Part shown: positions 16,551 to 24,000 of the stretch, piece by piece
Position numbering within the stretch: the stretch's first letter is position 1
Layout: each line of letters begins with the position of its first letter
Assembly (NCBI RefSeq): GCF_900002575.1
Contig: NZ_LN650648.1
Coordinates: forward strand, 1,565,565 to 1,589,564
Direction: 5' to 3'
Source of the DNA: Romboutsia hominis
Lineage (GTDB): Bacteria; Bacillota; Clostridia; Peptostreptococcales; Peptostreptococcaceae
DNA length: 24,000 nucleotides
Notes under the pieces: model-generated
Told to the model about the DNA's origin: nothing
What the model saw: only the letters and a program-made list of their open reading frames with translations
Database searches by the model: none
Made by a program: the position numbers and the translations under genes

Positions 16551-17858
16551 CTAAATCATTTTCATAAGTTTTGGTATAAATAAACTTATTTCTGGTATAA
16601 ATGTTACTAACATAAGTACAACCAATATACCTACATAGAATGGTAATAAATATTTTATTACATCTTCTAGTTTTGTTTTACCTACTTTACATCCAATAAA
16701 CAGTGTATTTCCAACTGGCGGTGTTATATTACCTATACATAAGTTAAATATAAGCATTATACCAAATTGGACAGAGTCCATTCCAAAGTTTTTAGCTATT
16801 GGTAAAAATATTGGTGTAAATATTAATATTGCTGGAGTTAAGTCCATAAATGTACCAACTATTAATAATATTAAGTTCATTATTAGTAATATTACAACTG
16901 GATTTGAAGATATTCCTAATAATAATTCTGTTATTGCACTTGGAATATTTGTAAATGCCATAACCCAAGACATTATTGATGATACCCCTATTAAGAATAT
17001 TATTATCCCTGTCATTTCAACTGTTTCTAGTAGTATTCTAGGCATATCTTTTACTTTTATAGATTTGTAGAAAAAGAATGATAATATGAAAGAATATACA
17101 ACTGCAACAGCTGCTCCTTCTGTAGCTGTGAATATACCACCTACTATACCACCTATTATTACAAATATTAAGGCTAAACTAGGAAGTGCATCTATAAATA
17201 TTTTCATAGCTTCACCAAAGCTTATCTTATATTTAGTTGAATACTTATACTTTTTCGCAAGTATAAATGCTACTACCATTACTGATAATCCCCATAATAT
17301 TCCTGGTATATATCCAGCCATAAATAGTGCTGCTACTGATGTTCCTCCACTTACTAATGAATATATTATAAGTGAGTTACTTGGAGGAATTAAAAGCCCA
17401 GTTGGTGCAGATGCTATATTAACTGCCGCACTATAGTTTTTATTATAACCTTCTTTTTCTTGAAGTGGAGACATTGTTCCACCGATTGCAGCAGCTGCTG
17501 CAACTGAAGAACCACTTACTGCCCCAAATAGCATGTTTCCTACTACATTTGTATGTGCTAAAGATCCTGGTAATTTACCACTTAATACTTTTGCAAAGTT
17601 TACTAATTTTAATGCGATACCACCGTTGTTCATTATTATCCCTGCTAATACGAAAAATGGTATTGCTAATAATGAAAAACTACTTATTCCCGTAAATATT
17701 CTTTGTGCCCCAGTTAGTACTGCTACATCCCATGATAATGTAGTTAATATTCCAAATATAGATGCTACACCTATAGTTACAGATATTGGTATTCCTAATA
17801 AAAGCAGTATAGGAAATGCAATAGCTATAGCTGAACCTGCTTGAAATGCTAATTCCAT
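16551..17858 (-). CDS. dctM: TRAP transporter large permease subunit (DctM family)
   Basis: 435 aa, polytopic and hydrophobic, typical DctM length. GGGAG RBS. Follows the DctQ and DctP genes. Confidence 0.88.
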   Translation of the reverse strand: MELAFQAGSAIAIAFPILLLLGIPISVTIGVASIFGILTTLSWDVAVLTGAQRIFTGISSFSLLAIPFFVLAGIIMNNGGIALKLVNFAKVLSGKLPGSLAHTNVVGNMLFGAVSGSSVAAAAAIGGTMSPLQEKEGYNKNYSAAVNIASAPTGLLIPPSNSLIIYSLVSGGTSVAALFMAGYIPGILWGLSVMVVAFILAKKYKYSTKYKISFGEAMKIFIDALPSLALIFVIIGGIVGGIFTATEGAAVAVVYSFILSFFFYKSIKVKDMPRILLETVEMTGIIIFLIGVSSIMSWVMAFTNIPSAITELLLGISSNPVVILLIMNLILLIVGTFMDLTPAILIFTPIFLPIAKNFGMDSVQFGIMLIFNLCIGNITPPVGNTLFIGCKVGKTKLEDVIKYLLPFYVGILVVLMLVTFIPEISLFIPKLMKMI

Positions 17859-17895
17859 AATCTTATCTCCCTTGGATTAATTATATTTTTTATTT

Positions 17896-18426
17896 CTACG
17901 CAACCTTTTCATTCTTTCTGTTTGATTTAGTTACCTCTCTGTCTGATTGAGCCATCTCTTGCTTTAAATCAATTAAGTTTAATATATTGTAAATAATCGT
18001 TATTACTCCTGATAATGGTAATGCTAAATATATATATCCCATAGATATTCCTAGTGATGGTGATACTTGCCCCATAGCTAACATACTTATTTGAACTCCA
18101 CCTAATACTAAAACTAATGCTGAGAATACCATTACTACCAATTCTGTCATTACATTTAATATCATTTTTACTTTAGGACTTTTTGATTCAAGTTTTTGTC
18201 TAAAAAACACCATAGTCATATGATCTTTTTTACCAAATACATAAGCTGAACCTAATAAAGCCATCCATACAAATGAATATATTAGTAAATCTTCTGATAC
18301 TGTACTTGGATTATTTAGAACATAACGAGTTATTATTTGCCAAGTACCTAAAACTACCATAAATGCTAGTAGTGTCATACATATGACTTCTATTACTTTG
18401 TTTAACATGTTTCTTAACTTATTCAT
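17896..18426 (-). CDS. dctQ: TRAP transporter small permease subunit (DctQ family)
   Basis: 176 aa, four predicted TM helices, positioned between the DctP and DctM genes. GGGGGA RBS. Confidence 0.85.
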   Translation of the reverse strand: MNKLRNMLNKVIEVICMTLLAFMVVLGTWQIITRYVLNNPSTVSEDLLIYSFVWMALLGSAYVFGKKDHMTMVFFRQKLESKSPKVKMILNVMTELVVMVFSALVLVLGGVQISMLAMGQVSPSLGISMGYIYLALPLSGVITIIYNILNLIDLKQEMAQSDREVTKSNRKNEKVA

Positions 18427-18447
18427 CTTCGTTCCCCCTACTAGTAT

Positions 18448-19455
18448 TTATTTACTTGTTGGTGCTTTTGCTTGTATTTTATCGTATATAACTTTTACTT
18501 CTTTGTCATTTTCAGTCATTTCTCTATGAAGTGGTAAAACTTTTTCTTTAAATGGTTCTGTATCTGGGTAGTAGAATTTAACCCCCATCTTTTTTGATTG
18601 TTCTACTGCTTCACTTACTTTATCTTCCCAAGCATCAACTTGGAATTTATTTATTTCATTAGCCGCATCTAATATTATATTTCTATGTTCTTCACTTAAA
18701 TTATCTAATAACTTAGCATTCATTATTAATATGTCTGGAATCATACCATGTTGGTTATATGAATAATATTTTGCAACTTCTCCATGCTTATTATTAGTAA
18801 GTGCTAATTCATTATTTTCAGCTCCATCTATAACCTTTTGTTGAAGAGCAGTATAAACTTCTCCGAAACTCATTGGTGTAGCTGAACCACCTAATAATTC
18901 CATCATCCTTATGTTTGTTTGACTTTGTTGTACTCTTATTTTCTTCCCTTTTAAATCTTCTGGCTTCATTACAGGCTTATCTGTTGTGTACATATTTCTT
19001 GAACCTGCATCAAACCATGTAAGACCAACAAATCCAGATTCTCTAGTTGATTCATATATATCGCCCATTATATCTTTGTCATTCATTACAGAATGATAAT
19101 GTTCTTTACTATTAAATAAGTATGGAAGGTTGAATACGCTATATGATTTATTAAAACTTTCAAGCAAACTTATACTTCCAACAGCTATATCTATAGCTCC
19201 CGTTTGAGTAAGTTCTACCGACTCACGCTGTCCACCTAATAACTCATTTGGGTATACTTGTATATCTATTTCATTATTAGTTTTATCTTCTACAATTTTT
19301 TCAAACTCTTTTAGTGCTAAGTGTATTGGATGTTCCTCACCTTGGTTGTGAGCAACCCTCATAACCCTTGCTTCATTACCTTTACTTGAACTACATCCAA
19401 CTACCGATAAACTAGCTATAGCTGCAAGTAAAATAACTTTAATCCTTTTATTCAT
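18448..19455 (-). CDS. dctP: TRAP transporter substrate-binding lipoprotein (DctP family), probable hexuronate binding
   Basis: 335 aa. Lipoprotein signal with lipobox LSVVGC. DctP-type pattern (RVAHNQGEEHPIHLALKEF...YPNELLGGQRE). The substrate is inferred only from the operon context. Confidence 0.85.
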   Translation of the reverse strand: MNKRIKVILLAAIASLSVVGCSSSKGNEARVMRVAHNQGEEHPIHLALKEFEKIVEDKTNNEIDIQVYPNELLGGQRESVELTQTGAIDIAVGSISLLESFNKSYSVFNLPYLFNSKEHYHSVMNDKDIMGDIYESTRESGFVGLTWFDAGSRNMYTTDKPVMKPEDLKGKKIRVQQSQTNIRMMELLGGSATPMSFGEVYTALQQKVIDGAENNELALTNNKHGEVAKYYSYNQHGMIPDILIMNAKLLDNLSEEHRNIILDAANEINKFQVDAWEDKVSEAVEQSKKMGVKFYYPDTEPFKEKVLPLHREMTENDKEVKVIYDKIQAKAPTSK

Positions 19456-19474
19456 ATATAAATTCCCCCTAGGA

Positions 19475-20875
19475 TTATTTTATAAAATATTTTTTAGCGT
19501 TGTTGTAACATATATCTTCTACTATGTTGCCTAATATTTCTAAATCATATGGATATTCTCCATTTTCAACTAACTTTCCTAAATAATTGCAAAGAATTCT
19601 TCTAAAATACTCATGTCTTGTAAATGATAAGAAACTTCTTGAATCTGTAAGCATTCCTACAAATTTACTAACTAAACCTAATTGTGAAAGTGCTATAAGC
19701 TGTCTTTCCATTCCATCCTTTTGGTCATTAAACCACCATCCAGAACCAAATTGGATTTTCCCTGCAACTTGTCCACCTTGGAAGTTTCCAATCATAGTTC
19801 CTAATACTTCATTATCTTTTGGATTTAAACAATAAAGAATAGTTTTAGGTAGCTTATCTTCTACATCTAAGCTATCTAATAACCTTGATAAAGAATAAGC
19901 GATTTCCCCATCGTCAATACTATCAAATCCTGCATCCGCTCCAACAGAATTAAACATTCTAGTATTATTATTTCTAAGTGCACCTATATGAAGTTGCATT
20001 ACCATATTTCTTTCACTATACATTTTCCCTAATTCTATTAATGTAAATGTTGTGTATTTTTGAGCATCTTCTATGCTTATTTCTTCTCCCGCTAAAACTT
20101 TAACAAATATGCTTGCAACTTCCTCTTTGTTAGTAGGTTTAAAATAAACTCTTTCTAAACTATGGTCTGTTATATTGCAACCATTGTCTACAAAGTAATT
20201 TAACCTTTTTTCTAATATTTCTATTAATTTATCATAATCTTTAATTTCTGTATCTTCTGTTTTCCCTAATAACTTTATGTAATCACAAAAATCTTTATTT
20301 TGTATCTTTAATGCTCTATCTGGTCTAAATGTAGGTCTTACCTCACACTCAAAACTATCATCAGCATTAATTTCTTTATGATATTTTAAATCATCAACTG
20401 GATCATCTGTAGTTCCTATATAAACTACATTAGATATACTTATTAATTTTCTGGCAGTTAAATTCTTTTTTACTATAGCATTATTGCATTTTTCCCAAAT
20501 GTCTTTTGCAGTCTTTGCACTTAAAGTATCTTCAACATTAAAGTATCTTTTAAGTTCTAGATGTGACCAATGATATATAGGATTTCCTATTAAATAAGGC
20601 ATCATATTTGCAAATTCATAGAATTTTTCAAAATCACTAGCATCACCAGTTATATATTTTTCATCTATTCCAAAACTTCTCATGGCTCTCCACTTATAAT
20701 GATCATGGTATAACCACATTTGAGTTATATTTTCATATTCTTTATCTTCTGCTATTTCAACTGCTGGCAAGTGGCAGTGGTAATCAAATATCGGCATTTT
20801 TGAAGCATTATTATGATATAAGATTTTAGCTATCTCATTTGATAATATAAAATCTTGATCCATAAACTTTTTCAT
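19475..20875 (-). CDS. uxaC: Glucuronate isomerase
   Basis: 466 aa. The N terminus MKKFMDQDFILSNEIAKILYHNNASKMPIFDYHCHLP closely parallels E. coli UxaC (FMTEDFLL...LYH...PIFDYHCHLP). Confidence 0.92.
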   Translation of the reverse strand: MKKFMDQDFILSNEIAKILYHNNASKMPIFDYHCHLPAVEIAEDKEYENITQMWLYHDHYKWRAMRSFGIDEKYITGDASDFEKFYEFANMMPYLIGNPIYHWSHLELKRYFNVEDTLSAKTAKDIWEKCNNAIVKKNLTARKLISISNVVYIGTTDDPVDDLKYHKEINADDSFECEVRPTFRPDRALKIQNKDFCDYIKLLGKTEDTEIKDYDKLIEILEKRLNYFVDNGCNITDHSLERVYFKPTNKEEVASIFVKVLAGEEISIEDAQKYTTFTLIELGKMYSERNMVMQLHIGALRNNNTRMFNSVGADAGFDSIDDGEIAYSLSRLLDSLDVEDKLPKTILYCLNPKDNEVLGTMIGNFQGGQVAGKIQFGSGWWFNDQKDGMERQLIALSQLGLVSKFVGMLTDSRSFLSFTRHEYFRRILCNYLGKLVENGEYPYDLEILGNIVEDICYNNAKKYFIK

Positions 20876-20994
20876 AACTTTCTCCTAAATTAATATTTTT
20901 AATATCGTTTTCTTACTACATTAAATATTAACATGCATCTTAATATTTTCTAATATATTTCATTATTTTACCTTTTATACTATTTTTTATAAAG

Positions 20995-21027
20995 AGTGTT
21001 TCGAAATAAAATTTATTTCAAAACACT
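20995..21027. other. 33-nt near-perfect inverted repeat in the uxuA-uxaC intergenic gap
   Basis: AGTGTTTCGAAATAAA-A-TTTATTTCAAAACACT: 16-nt arms with one mismatch. It has a T-rich tail on the plus strand only. Its function is unknown (RNA hairpin or operator). Confidence 0.5.
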
Positions 21028-21040
21028 ACTTTTATTTTCA

Positions 21041-22087
21041 TTATTTATTCTTATTTATAGCCTCTATTAATCCATTTATATAAACTGCTCCTAAAGCTCT
21101 ATCATATAATCCGTATCCTGGTCTTCCTGTTTCTCCCCATATCATTCTACCGTGATCTGGTCTATATGGTCCTTTAAAGTCATAGTCGCAATATGCTTTA
21201 ACTATTTCATAGAAATCAAGTGATCCACACTCAGATAAATGAGCCACTTCATTAAAGCTACTCTCTCCTGTTATTAATACGTTTCTTAAGTGTGCAAAGT
21301 TTATTCTATTTTTTTCTTTTCCAAAGTATTCAACCATTTTTACTACATCATTAGTACTTGTGCATCCAAGTGATCCTGTACATAAAGTTATACCATTATA
21401 TTCACTATCATAAAGATTTACAAATCTTTCTAGATTTTCAAAATTTGTTATTATTCTTGGAAGTCCAAATATACCCCATGGTGGATCATCTGGATGTATA
21501 GCCATTTTTACGTTGCTTTCTTCAGCTACTGGTATTATTTCTTTTATAAAGTATTCAAGATTTTCCCATAACTTTTCTTCATCTATATCTTTATATTGAT
21601 CTAATAATGCTCCTAGTCCACCTTCTCCATAAGAAGTATCCCATCCTGGAAGTTCTAATTCACCTAGTGCTGGATCCATTTTCTTAACAGTTTCTTCATC
21701 ATATATTAGACAAGTTGAACCATCTTCAAGTTCATAGTTTAGATCTGAACGAGTCCAGTCAAACACTGGCATAAAGTTATAACAAACTGTTTCTATTCCT
21801 GCTTTTCCAAGATTTCTTAACGTTTCTTTGTAGTTTTCTATGTACTTATCTCTAGTAGGTAATCCTAACTTTATATCTTCATGAACTGGTACACTTTCTA
21901 TTACTGAAAGTTTTAGTCCATTGTCTTCTACAGTCTTTTTAAGTTCTAATATTTTGTCAATTGGCCACACTTCTCCAACTGGTATATCATATATCGCTGT
22001 AACTATTCCTTTCATTCCTGGTATTTGTCTGATGTACTCTATTTTTACAGGGTCATCTTGTCCATACCATCTAAACGTCATTTCCAT
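21041..22087 (-). CDS. uxuA: Mannonate dehydratase
   Basis: 348 aa. The N terminus [14 protein letters not shown] matches the UxuA signature (E. coli MEQTWRWYGPNDPV). GGGGGA RBS. Confidence 0.9.
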   Translation of the reverse strand: MEMTFRWYGQDDPVKIEYIRQIPGMKGIVTAIYDIPVGEVWPIDKILELKKTVEDNGLKLSVIESVPVHEDIKLGLPTRDKYIENYKETLRNLGKAGIETVCYNFMPVFDWTRSDLNYELEDGSTCLIYDEETVKKMDPALGELELPGWDTSYGEGGLGALLDQYKDIDEEKLWENLEYFIKEIIPVAEESNVKMAIHPDDPPWGIFGLPRIITNFENLERFVNLYDSEYNGITLCTGSLGCTSTNDVVKMVEYFGKEKNRINFAHLRNVLITGESSFNEVAHLSECGSLDFYEIVKAYCDYDFKGPYRPDHGRMIWGETGRPGYGLYDRALGAVYINGLIEAINKNK

Positions 22088-22102
22088 TTACTGTTTCCCC
22101 CA

Positions 22103-23122
22103 TTATCTCTTTATATTTTGTAGACCTTTATCTATCAAACTAATAACACATTCTTCGTCTACTAAATTTATATCTCCTCTTATCGAATGCTTTAGTGCAC
22201 TTGCACAAACTCCAAATTCGACAGTCTTTTTTGAATCCATATTGTTTATTACTCCGTGAAGTATTCCTGCTGTAAATGCATCTCCTCCACCAACTCTATC
22301 TAATATATCAAATGTATATTCATTTGATATGTAGATATCTTTTCCATCAAATATATATCCTTTTAAAGAATTTTCATTTATGGAATGTACACTTCTTTTA
22401 GTACATGCTACATATTTTATATTTGGATAGTTCTTAAATAACTCTTTGTATAAATCTTTAAGAGAATCTTCAAAGTCTAAATCATTATCTTTATATTTTA
22501 ATATATTTGTCATGTCTAACTTTCCTAAAAATGCTATATCTACATAAGGAAGTACTTTTTCTAAAAATCCTTTAGCTTCTTCTAAGCTCCAAAGCTTAGC
22601 TCTATAATTAGAATCCAAGGACACTAGTATACCATTTTGTTTACAGTGTTTTGCAATATCTATAACTAAGTTATATAACTCTTTGCTAAGTGCTGGAGTT
22701 ATACCAGACATATGAACTAAACTTACATCTTTTAGCATACTTTTAATATCAAATTCTTCTTTATTTGCCATTGATATAGCTGAGTATTTTCTATCATATA
22801 TAACTTCTGTACTTCTATATCCATGACCTATTTCAGAAAAATATATTCCTAGTCTTCCTTCTCCTCTAACGACTGAACTAGTATCTATATCAAATCCTTT
22901 TAAATCTCTTATTACTTTATCACCTAGTGAGTTGTCTGGTAATTTAGTTGCAAACTTAGTCTTATGACCAAAACAAGATAAACTTGCTATAACGTTTGCT
23001 TCACCTCCACCATAAATTGCTTCAAAAGAGTTTGACTGTATAATTTTTTTATTGTTGGGAGGTATTAACCTTAACATTACCTCCCCAAAACCTAAAACCT
23101 TTTTATTATTTGCTTCTGACAT
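22103..23122 (-). CDS. kdgK: 2-dehydro-3-deoxygluconokinase (PfkB family)
   Basis: PfkB signature VGGGDAFTAGILHG near the C terminus. Sits between the aldolase and uxuA genes. The track ORF starts at a TTG (23140). I prefer the ATG at 23122 (MSEANNKKVLGFGE...), which has GGAG upstream. Confidence 0.85.
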   Translation of the reverse strand: MSEANNKKVLGFGEVMLRLIPPNNKKIIQSNSFEAIYGGGEANVIASLSCFGHKTKFATKLPDNSLGDKVIRDLKGFDIDTSSVVRGEGRLGIYFSEIGHGYRSTEVIYDRKYSAISMANKEEFDIKSMLKDVSLVHMSGITPALSKELYNLVIDIAKHCKQNGILVSLDSNYRAKLWSLEEAKGFLEKVLPYVDIAFLGKLDMTNILKYKDNDLDFEDSLKDLYKELFKNYPNIKYVACTKRSVHSINENSLKGYIFDGKDIYISNEYTFDILDRVGGGDAFTAGILHGVINNMDSKKTVEFGVCASALKHSIRGDINLVDEECVISLIDKGLQNIKR

Positions 23123-23717
23123 TTTGTATTTTCTCCACAAATTCCTTAGCTAAGTTTTCTATATCTTCTAAGCTTCCTGCATTAAATAGTGAACTTCCTA
23201 CTCCTACACAAGAAACTCCCATTTCAAACCACTTATCTACATTATCTATACTAACTCCACCAGTTGGCATTATTTCAACATTTGGTATTGGAGCTTTTAT
23301 AGCTTTTACATACTTTGGTCCAAATACATCACCTGGGAATAACTTAACCATTTTATTTCCTTTATCTTGTGCATTCATTATTTCACTTACTGTCATACAT
23401 CCTGGTAAATAAAGTGTATTTAATTGTTTGCATACTTCATTAACTTCTTCACTATATCCTGGACTTACAACATATTTTGCTCCCGCTAATATTGCATCTT
23501 TAGCCATTTCTCTATTTAAAACACTTCCAACACCTAGTATTAGATTTTTGTCATCTCTTAGTTCATTTATTAAATCAACAACATTAGGTATTGAGTATGT
23601 TAATTCTACCGCTCTTATTCCGCCATTTACACAAGCATTTATATATCCTTTAGCTTCTTCATGGTCTTTTGCTCTAATTACTGCTACTATTCCTTCTTTT
23701 TTTATACTTTCTAGCAT
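23106..23717 (-). CDS. kdgA: 2-dehydro-3-deoxyphosphogluconate / 4-hydroxy-2-oxoglutarate aldolase
   Basis: 203 aa. Eda-family pattern (GIRAVELT, GVGSVL, Schiff-base Lys context MVKLFPG, PTGGV). GGGGGA RBS. Confidence 0.88.
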   Translation of the reverse strand: MLESIKKEGIVAVIRAKDHEEAKGYINACVNGGIRAVELTYSIPNVVDLINELRDDKNLILGVGSVLNREMAKDAILAGAKYVVSPGYSEEVNEVCKQLNTLYLPGCMTVSEIMNAQDKGNKMVKLFPGDVFGPKYVKAIKAPIPNVEIMPTGGVSIDNVDKWFEMGVSCVGVGSSLFNAGSLEDIENLAKEFVEKIQNVRSK

Positions 23718-23726
23718 AATATCCCC

Positions 23727-24000
23727 CTATACTCCTGAGTATGCTGAAAATGCTCCATCTACTGGTATAACAACACCATTTACAAATCCTGATGCATCTT
23801 CACTTACTAGATATAATAATGTACCTATTAATTCTTGGGCTTCTCCAAATCTTCCCATTGGTGTGCTATTTAATATCTTGTTGCTTCTTTCTGTTGGTGT
23901 TCCATCTTCATTGAATAATAACTTTTCATTTTGTGCTGTTACAAAGAAACCTGGTGCTATAGCATTTACTCTTACTCCTACTTTAGACATGTGTACAGCT
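23727..24000 (-). CDS. uxuB: SDR-family oxidoreductase, UxuB-type D-mannonate/fructuronate oxidoreductase (C-terminal part; gene continues past the right edge)
   Basis: The reading frame stays open to position 24000, so the track's Met at 23990 is internal (...AVHMSKVGVRVNAIAPGFF). The C-terminal TPMGRFGEAQELIGTLLYLVSEDASGFVNGVVIPVDGAFSAYSGV resembles Bacillus YjmF/UxuB-type SDRs. SDR family is certain; the specific activity is inferred from context. Confidence 0.65.
   Translation of the reverse strand, partial: AVHMSKVGVRVNAIAPGFFVTAQNEKLLFNEDGTPTERSNKILNSTPMGRFGEAQELIGTLLYLVSEDASGFVNGVVIPVDGAFSAYSGV

Noticed and set aside
17086-17844. Three + strand ORFs (116, 76, 103 aa) inside dctM
   Set aside because: They are antisense to a continuous 435-aa polytopic permease gene, mutually overlapping or adjacent, with no RBS.
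19587-23412. + strand ORFs 19587..19835, 21921..22259 and 23110..23412
   Set aside because: Each is antisense to a confidently identified enzyme gene (uxaC, uxuA/kdgK, kdgA). None has an RBS or a motif.
1-24000. Search for CRISPR arrays, tRNA/rRNA genes, IS elements, integrases, and toxin-antitoxin or restriction-modification genes
   Set aside because: I saw no regularly spaced direct repeats, no G/C-rich cloverleaf-sized segments, no transposase- or recombinase-like ORFs, and no terminal inverted repeats. Apart from the SIR2 gene, nothing resembles a known defence gene.

Overview
Very AT-rich, Clostridium-like (low-GC Firmicute) chromosomal window. It is almost fully coding, with 21 of 23 genes on the minus strand.

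Gene order, left to right:
- a DUF554 membrane protein (partial, missing from the ORF track)
- a free-standing YbaK/ProX-type tRNA-editing protein
- a stand-alone SIR2-family protein
- a DUF1905/YdeI protein
- a VOC/glyoxalase-fold protein
- a TldD/PmbA pair
- an orphan YjjI-family glycyl-radical enzyme with its YjjW activase and a Crp/Fnr-type regulator
- a compositionally atypical YfbR-like HD phosphohydrolase (plus strand)
- an HSL-type esterase preceded by two AraC regulators
- a divergent GH3 glycosidase, split by a -1 frameshift that falls exactly on an in-phase A_AAA_AAG heptamer
- a complete glucuronate-to-pyruvate operon (SDR UxuB-type reductase, KdgA, KdgK, UxuA, UxaC) fused to a TRAP transporter (DctPQM)

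I saw no rRNA, tRNA, CRISPR array, transposase or integrase.

The best candidates for something undescribed are the single-gene SIR2 unit (defence-type motif set, no partner gene), the function-unknown YjjI/YjjW radical-enzyme module with a dedicated regulator, and the GH3 frameshift site.

All functional calls rest on motifs I read in the translations and on remembered family signatures. No database search was possible, so family-level calls are firmer than specific ones.
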